Origin: Octopus sinensis
Taxonomy: Eukaryota
Direction of reading: 5' to 3'
DNA: 64,000 nt
Assembly: GCF_006345805.1 (NCBI RefSeq)
Contig: NW_021833435.1
Span: forward strand, 1-64,000
Below are positions 39,901 to 54,800 of this stretch, piece by piece. The notes beneath the pieces are model-generated. The model was not told where the DNA came from, searched no databases, and saw only the letters and a program-made list of their open reading frames with translations. The position numbers were made by a program, and so were the translations under genes. Numbering within the stretch: position 1 is the stretch's first letter; the number at the start of each line of letters is the position of its first letter.

Positions 39901-42900
39901 GTAAGTGAAACAAATAAGAGAAGAGAAATAATGGGAATCAATGAATCCAGAAGCGAGAAAGAAACAAAAATGGTAGATAGGAGATCTAGGAATTGCTAAA
40001 AGAAAAGAAAATCTGTAGTTTGTATTAACGAAAGGTGATAGTCAAACTTTAGGCTATATTTCATATACTCTTTACTCTTTTATTTGTTTCAGTCATTTGA
40101 CTGCGGCCATGCTGGAGCACCGCCGTTAGTCAAGAAAATCGACCCCAGGACTTATTCTTTGTAAGCCTAAGTACTTATTCTATCGGTCTCTTTTGCCGGA
40201 CCGCTAAGTTACAGGGATGTAAACACACCACCATCAGTTGTCAAGCGGTGATGGGGGGGGGACAAACACAGACACACGATATCTATCTATCTATCTATAT
40301 ATATATATATATACATACATACATATATAGAACGTGCTTCTTTCAGTTTCTGTCTACCAAATCCACTCACAAGGCTTTGGTTGGCTTGAGGCTATAGTAG
40401 AAGACACTTGCCCAAAGTGCCACGCAGTGGGACTGAACCCGGAACCATGTGGTTGGTAAGCAAGCTACTTACCACGCATCCACTCCTGCGCATATTATAA
40501 TTGTAATTGTATAATATTTCCATGAATGGAAGCTGTGTGCAGTTATTTAACATACAGGAAATAGAAACCAAATCCCTCATAAAGCATATACCCTTAAGAG
40601 TGTGACATTGTAAATAGGTCTGCTTGATCAGGATTGCACTTATCATTCTGAAAACCAGGTTCCAATCCAGGATGCAGCAACCAAGTCCCACCCTCCCACT
40701 TCTCAGTCCATCATCACAGCCTTGAGGTCCTGGATTCATTCCAGGTCAATGTCTACAGGCAAGTTGTCTCCGTAAGCGTGATGACGTTTTCCTCTTCTTA
40801 CATCACCACGAAATGGGTTCCACGAGACTAATTTGGATGCTTCCATTTGAGGGTGGCACACACAGTGACCAGATAGTCACAGCCGTCTTTGCCAGATCTT
40901 CTCACTAGCTTTTGGCAGGTTTCCAGAAAGACTTAATATAGTCTGAACCTATCAGAGGGGACACATGCACGCACACGTGTGTGTATGTATAAACACACAC
41001 ACACACTCCTAATGCAAGTTAAAATACCGACATTGGATTTGTAGTCAACACATTATACCAGTGGTTTTCAACCAGGGTTCCGCGGAACCTTAGGGTTCCG
41101 CCAGTACAGTCCAGGGGTTCCTCAAGAAGTTACAAAACTGCTAAAATCGGCAGTAATTTTTAATTCTCCTGTGCAGATATGTGTGCATAAGACTATTAAA
41201 TTATTGCACAGGGGTTCCTCGAGCCAGTGGAATGTTTCCTTGGGGTTCCGCTCCAGCAAAAAGGTTGAAAAGCATTGCATTATACATTCCTTCATTCCTT
41301 TACTGCAGTGCACTAGCACATTCGTTAGTATTCCAGGCAAAATTCTTAGTGGCATATTGTCCATATTTGTTCTGAGTTCAAATTTCACTGAGGTCTACTT
41401 TACCTTCCAACCTTTTAGGGTGGGTAAAACACGTACCAGTTGAGTACTGGGGTTGATGTAAACAACTTACCCCCCCTCTCTGAAATTGCTGCCCTTGTGC
41501 TAAAATTTGAAACCAATACATCATACATTTCTCTGTTTCTCTTCTTCTAGATGTTAATGAATGAAATCACTTTAGAGCAATGCTTATACATTGGAGTATT
41601 TTTCTATGATATTCTGGTATTATCAGCTTTCTGTGTCAGTTACCCCAGGTGGGATTATCTACATGATTATTTAACTTGCAAGAAATAGTTTCTAAATTCC
41701 ATGTAGGTGACATCGTACCATCTCAGAAGAGAATACTTTGGATGATGTGGTCCTGGGTGTGTTCTGCCAAGGAAATTCATGGAAGGGTCATGACTGGTTT
41801 GCTTGCCTTTTCTTCATAGCTTTGCTTAGGGCTGACCTATGTTACACAACTACTATCAGTTTAGAACTTCTATATTTATACACACACTAGCAGTATCGCC
41901 TGGCGTTGCTATATAAGCATTTTTAGAGAGTTACTTTCCTTATATAATAGCAAAAAAAATGCATTAAAAATGGGAAAAAATTATGATAAATTTTTTTTTA
42001 AATCATAGACTCGATATGAATCACGGCTATAAGATACCCGGTTTTGGTTAAACTGCACCGCAAAATGTGGGAGTAGTTAGGAATCTAAATCATAGGAGAC
42101 AGACACACAACTTCACTTTTATATGTAAAGATTTCAGGTAGAGACATGGTGGTGTGGGTAAGGAGTTTGCTTTCCCACTGCTTCCACCATGAACAGAAGA
42201 AAACAAAGAAAATCAATGCTGGCGGGATATCCATGTGTACATGTCTCCCAACCTGTGATATCACGGAACTCACAATTGGTTTTCACCCGTTCCAATTCTC
42301 TCTACCGGAAATATTTAAGCTAAAGTAGATGGTTTTAAGAATGACCGAAATGTACTACATTTTTCTATCTTTTAGTTATTAACATTTGTGAGTATCAAAA
42401 AATTAAACTGACTGAAATCTAATATTACATCTGTGTGATTATGACCTTCTCTTTACAGAAAGTTCATTTAAGAAACCAAGAGGGAAGCTGAAAACCTGCA
42501 TTGTTAATGTGAAAGTCTGTGCACGAGCTGTAGGTTTATCACATGAAGATATTCTGGGACTGGTTAATGTTGCTGCAAGTCTACGATATGGTGAGACCTA
42601 TTAATGCTCCCTTTTTTGTTTTTTGCCTTTATTTTTCTCTGCAGGTTTTACTGTTTCATTCTTTGTGTGATGTTTTAATAAATTTTGAAGGCTGATCTGA
42701 AAATGCTGAGCCTTACAAAAGAGATGACAGAGGACGGAGTTATGTTGCACATTGATGTGCTCCAGAGGATGGACTTATGTTGCGCATTGATGTGCTCCAG
42801 AGGACGTGGCTATTACAACAGAATTGATATCTTAAAACCAAAGTGCTGCGTAAAAAGCATTGGGGTTGGTGCCATGAAAAATACACCCAGTACACTCTCT

Positions 42901-45900
42901 AAAGTGGTTTGCATGGGGCATGGGTGGCATTCAGCTATAAAAACGAAGCCAAAACAGACTATGGAAGCTGGTGTTACCAGTTCCTGTCAAGCTGTCAAAA
43001 TCATACCAGTATAGAACAGACATTGAATGATGATGATAATGATAGTCAAAATGACATGGGTTACAGTGATAATAATCTCTATAGACCCACCTAGATTGGT
43101 GAGATGTTGGTGAATATCTGCAGGAATAACATTCCATGTACACCTTGGTGTGGCTGTCCTCAGCCATGCACACTCTGTAGCACCTGTCCTCATTTGTGCA
43201 CAACTTGATGCAGCTGTCCTCTTCCATGTGCAACTTAATGCAGCTGCCCTAATCCATGCACAACTGGATGAAACTGCCATCATCCATGTACAACTTAATG
43301 CAGCTATCCTTATCAATGTGCACCTTGGTGCAGCTGTCCTTATCCATGCTTGCCTTGAAACAGCTGTCTTTGTTCATGTGCACCTTGAGGCAACTGTCCT
43401 AATCCATGCACACTTTGATGTAGCTAGTCCTCATGTGTGCAGCTTGATGCAGCTATCCTTGTCCATGTGCACCTTGATGCAGCTTTCCATACCATGCTCA
43501 CTTTGATGCTCTTATCCTAATCCATGTGCACCTTGATGCAGTTGTCCTCATCCATGTGCACCTTGATGCAGCTGTGCTCATCCATGCACACTGAGGCAGC
43601 TGTCCTCACCCACATGCATTGTGAGGCAGTTGTCCTCGTCCTTGTGCACCATGATGCAGCTGAGATAGGTAGGGGGATGAAGTAGTGAAGTACTCTGCAT
43701 ATAAGGCTGTATGTATATTTTGTTGACATGTACAAGATTATTATGTATGAGTTAAAAAGAGTGAATGTGAGGATCAATCCTTATGGTAGTACATATGGAG
43801 AAATTGCAAGCTACCGAGGTAGCAACCTGAGAGATAGCTTGCCTATCAGCATTCTGTCTTGTTTCCTATTTGTTGTGTGTGCAGAGCTATTACATTATGG
43901 CAGATTGACTAAAGATGAAAGTAAAAATGTGAAATTCCTTCTTCCATCTATTGTAATCACACTTTATTTTAGTTTTTTTTATTTCATGTGACATCATGCA
44001 TTTTGTGGAGAAAATATAGAGTAATACCTCATTTTATGAGGACCTCCCTTATGAGACCCTGGGTTTATGAGTTTTATTTTCCAAGCACAAGTTCTTAAAC
44101 AAAGGGCAAAAGTTTCTACTACAATAATAAATGGTTCTACATGTTACCGAGAAATTTATAGAGAGCAAAAAACAGCTTCTTCTATGCAAACAACTCTAGA
44201 TTTGCTTTTTAAAAAGAAATCTTCCAGTCCATCTATGAATGCTTGTGAATCGGTGATTGCATCTACTAGCGACGGTGTGTATGGGTGTAATGCAAGTGAA
44301 ATTGGGGATTTGTGCTGGTGACTGGACAGGTTCCTGTGCTGGTGGCGCACCCACAACACTCTCGGAGTGGTTGGTGTTAGGAAGGGCATCCAGCTGTAGA
44401 AACTCGGCCAGATCAGATTGGAGCCTGGTGCAGCCAACTGGTTCGCTAGTCCTCAGTCAAGTTGTCCAACCCATGCTAGCATAGAAAGTGGACATTAAAC
44501 GATGATGATAATGATGATCTTGACATTCTTCTTACTTTACATATAATATTCTTTATATTCTTCTGTTGTATAATTGCTATTTATTTATAAGTATTGTAAA
44601 TTTTATCGGTAAAACATTTTTCTGGGAACGAATTACAATTTATAACATTGCTACTATGGGAAATCATTGCTCTGCTTTACGAGTGGTCCCCAGGAATAAA
44701 TCAACTTGTATATGAGGGCATTACTGTATGTTTGTCTCTTGCATGCTTATCAACAGTTTATTCATTGATGCCCAAATATTGATATCCATGAACAAACAAT
44801 CTTGAGAGAAAGCATGTTCAAATGCATGTGTATGATAGACTTTTGCATAGTTTATGCCAACCAAATTTCACTAGCAGGACTTTGTTCATTGCAAAGTTGC
44901 AGTTGAAAATTGGTATTTCCTTATTATATATATACTCAGGGTGCTCTGGTTAAATTTGATTATTATTATTATTATTATTATTCTATGTTTGACTTTTGCT
45001 TTATGTCTGTACAAGTTGGCTCCAAGTCTCACCCAGAGACCTCAAGAGACAACAGGTTGGAAGTTCACGTTGTTGTTATGCCTAGCATGCCATATATTTG
45101 GGGGTTTTTTTGGTGTTGTACTAGTGAATGTCTAATACATAAAAAAAAAAAGTTTGTTTTAAACCTTGGGATTACATAGAAAGTATTTTGCGTAGGATAT
45201 GAGCAGTTCCCATGAGCACTGTCTTTTGAATTTCTGCCATTTTGGGGTTTCCTGGTATCTGAGTTAGGTAGCAATCAGTCCCAGGGCACCTATGACAACA
45301 GGTATTGTTTTAGTCTTCAGCTTCCACATTTTGCTGATTTCTATTTCAAGATCTTTATATTAGCTCAGTTTTTGGTAGGTCTTGACAGATATGTTTATAT
45401 TGATTGGGACAGTCATATCAATGAGGAGGCATGTTCTTTGTCTGAAGTCTTTCAATATGATGTCTGGCCTATTTGAATCTATCTTTCTGTCAGTTTGAAT
45501 GGTGAAGTTCCAGAGGAGTGAGATGTGGTCATTTTCAAGCACTGGAGGTGGATTGTGTTCCCACCAGTTTTTTTCATGGGGCAAATCCAGGTTTTTGCAA
45601 ATTACCCAGTGAATATATTGTGCAGCTCTATCATGCCTGTTGAGGTACTCTGTAGGTGCTAGAAGACTGCATTTGGAGACAACATGATCAATGGTTTCAT
45701 TTTGTTGTCGGCATACATGACATGTTGGGCTACTGCCGTTCTTTAATATGTTGGCCTGGTAGTTTCTTGTTGGTAGGCATTGATCTTGAGCTGCTATGAT
45801 AAACCCCTCTGTTTCAGATTTTAAGTCAGAGGCCATTAGCCATTGATGGGTCAGGGCTTTGTCAATATCTGCATTATTCGCTCTCTTTGGGTATTTGCCA

Positions 45901-48773
45901 TAGAGAGGTTTTTCTTGTCATTTATTATTCAGAATATCTAAGGCCGCAGTTTTGGCATGGGTTTTCATGCGCCTAGCTTTTTCTGTGCTTGTTTCTTGTA
46001 TGTCTATCTCTAATTCCGAAATTGGTTGTATTTGGAATTCACTTAGATATTCCTGTGCCTGTTTTGTTACTGAGTATGATGCTTTCTTGTTTTCATGTTT
46101 TGAGACAAGTTTTAACATCCAGTCCTCAGACTTTTTCAGGTAGGTGTCTAGGCCAATTGTAGCAATCTTCGTTGTTATTGCCAGTTGCAAAAGACCACGG
46201 CCTCCCTTTTTTCTTGGCAGATAAAGTCGTTCTGTATCTGCCTTAGGGTGGTGCATTCTATGCATTGTCAACAGTTTTCTTATTTTACTGTCGAGCTGAC
46301 ATATTTCAGTAATTGACCAGTTAACGATATTGAAACTGTAAGTCACGACTGGTATGGCTAATGCATTGATCACTTCGATCCTGTTTCTTGCATTCAGCTC
46401 TGTCTTGAGTATTGCTCTCACTCTTCGATAGCATTCTCTCCTGATCCTTTCCTTCATCTCTGAATGCCTTATTCCGTTCCCTTCAATTACCCCTAGGTAC
46501 TTGTAGCTCTCCGCTGGGTCTAGTTCTTTTATGACATTCTGCTGGTCAAGATTAATGTTAGATGTTTCTGTCATTTTTCCTTTGATAAAGGTAGCTTTTG
46601 CACATTTATCGAGGCCAAATTACATTCTGATGTCGTCACTGAATTGTTTGACTATCGCTAGTAAGCCCTTGAGTTGTTGGTCATTTTTTGCAAAGAGCTA
46701 TAAATCATCCATGTAAATGAGATGATTTATATTTTTATCAAACATTTTATACCCGTACTGCGCGTCATTGAGCAGTTTTGAGAGCCTTAAGGTTTTTCAA
46801 ATATTCAATGTCAGATCTAAATAGTTTAATTTGTTGTTGCAGACGCTCTTGCCAAGAAGGCTTTTTGTGGGAATGTTGCCGTTTTCTAATCTTTTCATCA
46901 CATAGGATCGTTGAGATTTTCGCGGATGCATAGTATAGGTGGTTGAGATTTGTGATATCAACATCATTAGCTGAAATTATATCCTTAAGTGCGAGCCGGA
47001 TTTTACCAATTATTTTCATGTTTTGGTTAGAGTTGCGGATTTTATGGAGTGTATCACGTTCATCCATGCTGGTTTCTTTAATTTTCAGCCATTCAATCAT
47101 GATTTGATTTTTTAGTTCATGTAGTTCTGTTGGGTCAATATTTGTGTGACTTTCTTTATCTATTTGATGTTCATCTGTCTTAGTGTCTATGATTGGTTCA
47201 GGGAGTATTTCACTTTGTCTATCACTTATACTAACTCTTTCAATCCTTACTTCGTTTTTATCAGCCCTGGGCTGGTCTATAATTATTTCCTCTGTATTAT
47301 CTTCTCTAGCTGCAGCTTCGTTCATTTTATCTGATATTGCTTGTCTAACTTGATCAATCTCTACTTCAGTCAGTAATTTTTTTTTATAATGTTTCTTCTG
47401 ACGTTGGCAAGTTTGTTACTGTGTATGTAGGGTCTTACTTCAGGGTGTTTCTGTCTCCAGTTTAAGTATGTTTGTACAGTGTTAGATTTATCTGTGGGGA
47501 AATATATGGCATGGTAGAAGGCCTCAAGAACTTCTTTATTATCTTCCCTAGACCATTTTTCCTTCTTTTTCTTTTGATTATTTGGTGACAAGCATGGATG
47601 GCCATCTGTTGGAATATTCCGGTTGTGGGGTACGTCCAGCTCCTGTGTGTTGAGAAGATTTGATCCAGTAGCTGATTTTTCAATCAGAATTTGGTTCAAT
47701 ATTCAGGTACATGGTCTTTTGTAATCCATGCAACAACCAATGCGATTTATTGTTTGATTTGTTGACATTGAAGCATGACAAGCTTCCATTCTTATATTAG
47801 GAGATGGATCTGTCAGTTTAGGGTTCTCTACACATAAGCATTGCTTGTAGCGCAGCTTCTTAAGGCTAGCAGATCTGTATTTGTCTGTATTTTTTTTGTT
47901 GATAGTTTTATCTTGGAACATTTTTTTTCCCCTTCTCTTCCTTTTTTCCTCTCTCTTTCTCTCTATCTCCTTCCCCTTTTTCCTTCCTTCTTTTCCCTTC
48001 CTCTTTTAAACTTATAAAAGGCTCACTCTGCCTGTATTAGTTCCCAATAATGAGAATAGAATACAGAGAAAGAAAATAAAAAACAAGGGATCTGTCAGTT
48101 ATTATTGTTATTACTATCACCTTCATCACCATCATCATCATCATCAATGACATTGTTTTATGTGTAGTCACAGCCACCATCAACACCACTACTGCCATTG
48201 TGTGGGGGAATGGTTGGTTAAAGAGGTCATGGTCTATGGGTCTATAAATAGATTCAGCAGATGGTGGAGACAAAGGACATTAATAGTCAGTAAAAGGTCA
48301 AACCTGTTTACATTTATTTATTTTTTTTTTCCTTTCTCTTTTCTTCCTTTCCACATACATATGTATATGTATATGTTTACTCACACACACATATTATCTG
48401 ATGTTTATGTCAATGATTTTTTTTTTTTTTTAATTTCTGAAATCAATGTTATGTATATATTTTTTTAATTTCTGAATTCAGTTGTATGTATATATTAGCA
48501 GGTGCTTAATTCCATAATTTTTTATCATGCATTTAATTGTGTTGTTACAATAAAAGGCAATTTTACACATTCTTATAGTCATGAGAGAAGACTAAATGTA
48601 AATGTTCACACAGAATTGGAGATATTTATGTTTCTAATTTTTCTTGTTAGGTGTACGTTTGTATGAGCTGTAGATATGTAAGTTCCTTAACTTATTTTGA
48701 GGGAAATTCAAATTACTCACAGAAAACAGTAGATCTTCCAGTTTTCTACAGTTGTTTTTTTTTTTTATTATTA

Positions 48774-48815
<42 letters not shown>

Positions 48816-51800
48816 GTCTCCTTTTGTCAGAAGCTATTTTATGTATTGGTGAGCAGTCAACAGCATTGGAGAGCATAAGGATTAAAGTTGTAGTGGAGAA
48901 AAAGTTAGTTGGCATAGAGGACCGAAAGCCATCTGAATATTGGAAAAGAGTTATCTGTATGATGATGATTCCTGCTGGGTATCAAAACGCTGACATCATG
49001 ACTGCCACTCAATGCTCTGTGAACATTGTAAAGGCTATAAAATGTGACAGACATTATGGAAACAAAGTTCCCCAAAACTTTGATGGTTCTTTGGCTGTGT
49101 CTCCATGGAAGGTGATGTCATGCCATCCATCTTTGAACAGGGCCTTTGGCTCAATTCAAATGGTCAATCAATGGAAATTGTAGTCGTGATCCCTGTGCCG
49201 GTGGCACGTAAAAAGAGAATTTCTATGACTTCACCGGCCCCAAATTCTGGCCTCCTAATTCCCTTAATTATAATACCATAAATTAATGTGTGGGGCATGG
49301 TTGAGAAAGACACAAACTGCTCTACCTGAAACACCAAGATCAAGGACGTGTTCCAGGGCATAGTGAGGAACACATGTACCTTTCTCCAGAACCATCTTGA
49401 GGTCAAAGTGGAAACTGAGAGTGGCTACTTTGAGTAAAAACTCTTACCTCCCAACCATAATCTAGTTGATATTTTGTTTTTTATAATACTTTATTGTTGG
49501 ATGAGATATTGTATTTTCGTTTCCTTATATGCAAACTGTCGAATTTAGCTCTAATATAATTTATATGCACACACACACACATATTGTTCGTTCTTGTTTC
49601 ATTTTAATTTTCTTTAATTTTTTTTATTTTCCTTATAAGGAATTCGAATTAGTTGTGATCTCATTCAGTGTTGTATCCCACAAACAACTTTCCCACAAAG
49701 AGCTGCCATCAGACTTCTATCATGTATAAATCATCACACTATTTCAGAAAAAGCCAATACATCATTCACGGTGAGTGTATAAAAAAGTTTTATCATTGTA
49801 CATCATGTTAAAATAAATCCATTTGGTTCTATTACAGAAGACTGAGTGCTGTGCTTTGCAGGTTAATGTGATGCACCTAACAGATGACACTTCCACATTT
49901 GTAGGTGCAGACTTGGCTACATAGTAAGAAGTTTGCTTCCCAGCTGCATGGATCTGGGTTCAGTCCCACTGTGTGGCACCTTAAGCAAGCGTTTTCTACT
50001 ATAGTCTTGGGCTGACCATCTGAAAGAAGCCCGTCATATAGATATATACATGTGTGTAAGGCGGCGAGCTGGAAGAAACATTAGCACGCCGGGTGAAATA
50101 ATTATCGATATTTCGTCTACCGCTACGTTCTGAGTTCAAATTCCGCCGAGGGCGACTTTACCTTTCATCCTTTCGGGGTCGATAAATTAAGTACCAGTTA
50201 CGCACTGGGGTCGATGTAATCGACTTAATCCCTTTGTCCTTGTGTGTCCCTTCTATGTTTAGCCCCTTGTGGGCAATAAAGAAATAAGATATATACATGT
50301 GTGTGTTTTTGTGTCTGTGTTTGTACCCCACCACTGTTTGACAACCAGAGCCAGAGTAAGCGACATTGAATGAAATACAGTTATCTTTGATCATGTTTCA
50401 CTCATTAGATTGGCGATGCTGGGACCCTGCCTTGAAGAGTGTTAGTTGAACAAATCATTGCCAGTGTTTATTTTTTTTAATCCTGGTATTTGATATATTA
50501 GTTCCTTTTGCCAATCTGCTAAGTCATGGGGATGTAAACAAACATAGATAGTCAAGCAATGGAGAGAGACAGACACAAGACATGCACACACAATGGGTTT
50601 CTTTCAGTTTCCATCTACAAAATCCACTTACAAGACTTTGGTCACCCCAAGGTTGTAGTAGAAAACATTTGCCCCAGGTGCTACAGAATGGGATTGAACC
50701 TAGAACTGTGTGGTTATGAAGCAAACCTCTTACCACCCAACCAGACTAATTTAATATGTTTGTGTACACTTGAACATAGAAAAGGCAATATGCTGCCCAA
50801 AGTGTCTTGAGCAAGGAAATTATTGTAGATAATGCTGATGTAAACTCACCAATAGGCCGAGAAATTGTAAATTCAAATTTAACATCACATTGCATAACTC
50901 TGTTTGATTTCCTTTACAACACCAAATATGTAAATTAATTATGTTTCTCGTTTAATATTTCAGAAATTAGTATTTCACTGGATTGTACTTGTCATGCCAT
51001 ACATGGATGCCTATGATAAGCTTCATGCAGTGTACAATGTGTTCTTTTATCTTCTCAGAAATTATGATATTGTAAGTATCCTTCTAATTCTTCTTCGGGT
51101 TTCTGTATACGGTTTATCTCTGATAAAATTGCTAGAACTGCTAACCTTATTTTCTGATGTTATTTGGCTTGTAGTTGGTGCAAATTCTTGAGCAGAGATT
51201 TATTGCCATGCCTACATTTGTACATTATCTCTTACTTCTTACAATTGATCAGTAACATGATATCTGTCTGTCTTTGTCATCTGATGTGTGACACACCTTG
51301 CACCTGTACAGGCAATGTCTATTTGAAAAGAATGAGCTTATGTACTGCACAATTATCAAATCACTATAAACACATCATCTGAGCAGGTTGTTCAGTGAAT
51401 TACAAAACTCACATCTCTCATTTACAATGGGAAAGTCCATTGTATGTGTACACATACATATATGTGAGTGTGGATTCATGCTATGAGGGGGTCATCCCCA
51501 GAGTGCTACTATGCAGCAAACTGGCCAAGAAGCAAAGCAGTTGATAATGTTTACAACACTTGTGCTGCTTTTCATTCATAACTATATTTAATCTTACATA
51601 TTCTTTGCCGTGACCTCCCAGGAAATGATTCTCACACTATTTGTATATACAGGGGTTGGACAAAATAATTGAAACACCTTAAAATTTCAAACAAATTTAT
51701 TTTAACATGGGGTAAGTGCTGCCTTTGGCAGTAATTACAGCTTGAATTCTATGTGGTATGGGCTCATACAAAGTTTGAATTGTTTCTAAAGGAATTTTTG

Positions 51801-54800
51801 TCCATTCTTCACCTAAAACAGTCTCCAGTTTTTGTAGTTATGATGGTGGAGGATATCGACTCCTTACTCTTTTTTCTAAAATGCACCATAAATGTTCAAT
51901 AATATTTAGATCTGGGGGACTGTGGTGGCCAGATAAGATGTTTTTTTTTTACTTCACTAAAATGTTCCTTGTGCCATTCAGTAATAACTATAGCTGTATG
52001 AATTGGTGCATTATCATCCTGAAAGATTGCAACCATAGGATGAATTTGATCAGGTAAAATGCTTAAATAGTCTTGACTATTAATTCTGCCATGAAGGGAA
52101 ACCATTAGGCTGGTGGATTTCCAAGTTATAGCCCCCCAGATCATCACAGATCTTCCTCCATGTTTCACAGATGGAAGAAGGCAGTCTGGGTTAAATGCTG
52201 TTTTTGGCTGTATCCACATGTATACTCAGCCAGTGGTCGGAAATTAGGTAAAGGATGACTCGTCTGAGAAAATAACATCCTTCCACTGTTCTAAGGACCA
52301 ATTCTATAGGTTTTTACTCCACTCTAAACACTTTGCAGCATTTTTTTTTGAAAGTAGTGGTTTTCTGATTGCAACCCTCCTGTGAAATCCGGCTTTGTGC
52401 AGCTCCTGGCAAACAGTTTTTGTGGAAACTGGATTCTCGAGGTGGTCATTAAGGCATACGTAGAAACTCCATAAGATATACCTGGTGTAAGCTATGGACA
52501 CATAAGAAGTGCAGCAAAGTCAAAGAAAGGTTAACTGGGAAGATTAGTTTTTGTGTGTGGCAGATGTACAGGTGCAATAAATGCCGAAGATGTACAGAAA
52601 ACATTCCATCACATGCCAAGGGAGAAAAACTAGTAGTTAACCGCTTCTGTTATCTAAGTGACCAAGTCAGTAGCGGGAGTGGATGCTCTGAGAGCGTGGC
52701 TGCTAGAATAAGACTGGCCTGGGCAAAGTTCAGAGAGCTCCTACCTCTGCTGGTAACAAAGGGCCTCTTGCTCATAGTAAAAGGTTGACTGTATGATGCC
52801 TGCATGTGAAAAGCCATGCTACTTGACGGTGGAACATGGGCGGCGACTGGTGAGGACATGCGTAGGCTTCTAAGACACAAATCTAGTATGCTCTGCTGGA
52901 TGTGTAATGTCAGTGTGCATACATGATAGTGTAAAGCACCCTGTGGGAGAAGTTGGACATAAGAAGCATCAGATGTGGTGTGCGGGAGAGACAACTGCAC
53001 TAGTATGGTCATGTGATGTGTATGGATGAGGACAGCTGTGTGAAGTGTCATACCCTAACAGTGAAGGGAACCTGTGGTAGAGGTAGACCAGGAAGACATG
53101 GGATGAGGTGGTGAAGCATGGCCTTCAAACGTTGGGTCTCACAGGGGCAATGACAAGTGACTGAAATTTTTGGAGATCTGCTGTGCTTGAGAAGATCCGG
53201 CAAGCCAAATGAGATTGTAATTGTGGTTGATGTCAAGGTCACGTAACTGGCCTGTTTAAAAGCACCCTTCAATCGTTGGTCAATATGCTGTGCTTGAGAA
53301 GAACTGTTGAGTCAAGTGAAATCATTGTCATGGCTGACTGGCCTGTTCAACTGAGTGAATTTTAGTTATGGCTGATGCCAGTGCCACCTGAATGGTACCC
53401 ATGCTGGTGGCACATAAAAAGCACCATTTGAGTGTGGCTGATGCCAGTGCAGCCTGACTAGCTTCTGTGCTTGTGGTATATAAAAATATAAAAGCACCCA
53501 CTACACTCAGAGTGGTTGGCATTAGGAAGGGCATCCAGCTGTAAAAAACCTTGCCAGATCAGATTGGGGCCCAGTGCAGCCTCCCGCTTGTCCAACCCAT
53601 GCCTATGTGGAAAGCGAACTTTAAATGACGATGATGAACAGGTTTCTTTCAGTTTCCATCTACCAAATCCACTCATAGTACTTTGTTTGACCAAAGACTA
53701 GTGCCACATAGTTGGACTGAACCTGGAATCATGTGGTTGGGAAGCAAACTTCTTAGCACAAAGCCATGCCTATCCATTCATCCATCCAACCAGTAGCCTG
53801 TCATCTGAAATGTAATTCTTTCATGACCATATATCTTATAGACATACACTGCTTATGTCTTTCAATTTTTCAAATAGTCAAAAATTTTGAAGTAATTAAC
53901 CATTTCTTGATGCTAATACCAGAACCATAACTTCACAACAGTTTCTCATATAAAATCTATGCTGCAAAGTTTTAAATTAGTTCAGAATTCTTTAAAATGA
54001 ATGATTTTTCTATTAAAGAAGCAGAGTGGATAACAAAACGGTTTGTATTAAACGCATTCTAGTCTACAGTTTATAACGGATTCCTTCTGCTCACATTTTG
54101 AAATTGTTTCTCTTCCTTCAGCTCCCAGAAATCTGTTACATTTTGAGTGAGCTGACTTTATATCCTGATGTTACATTATTCCGAATAAATGAACTGATTT
54201 TGTTGTGGAAGAAAACGGTAAAGTGTTTCAGTGACATTGTCATTTAATGCTATTTCCATACTCATTGTCTGTTCTGTAAATGCAAAAATATTGATTTGTG
54301 ATGTGACTGGTGCCAAACAAATTTTGTGACTAAGTGGAATTTCTAGAACGTTTTAAATTGCCAAGTTTCTCTTATCTATCCAACACAATCTTGAATATGT
54401 ACTTTCTCTCTCTCATTTTATCCATGAACTTTCACTCTCCTCTTCCCTCTCTCGCACTCACACACATTTGCAAGTATGTATCTGTGATTGTTCAAACTGT
54501 GTTGTCACTTCTGTAAACAAATTGCTTGTTACTTTGTTCTTGCAAAGTCATTTGATATAAGCGATGCTTTACTTGCAAATCACCTAAGGGTTAGTGACAG
54601 GAAGGGCATCCAACTGTAAAACAATGCCTTAGTCACATATATGTTTAAACAGTACTAGCATGGCAAAACACTGACCTGCTTGTACAGTTAAATGTGAACA
54701 GGCATTCCTTAAGGTTTGGTTCATTTGATTAAGGTTCTTAGTAGTTCAGTGTTTGGATTAGTGATGTTTGTGTGTATGTCATTCCTGAGATTTGTCTCTT

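Noticed and set aside
43881-43920. Apparent acceptor/donor pair gtgcag|AGCTATTAC...GAAA|gtaaaa in copy B intron 2
   Set aside because: The mirrored copy A sequence has a stop and lacks the GT donor, and the segment is not needed for frame.
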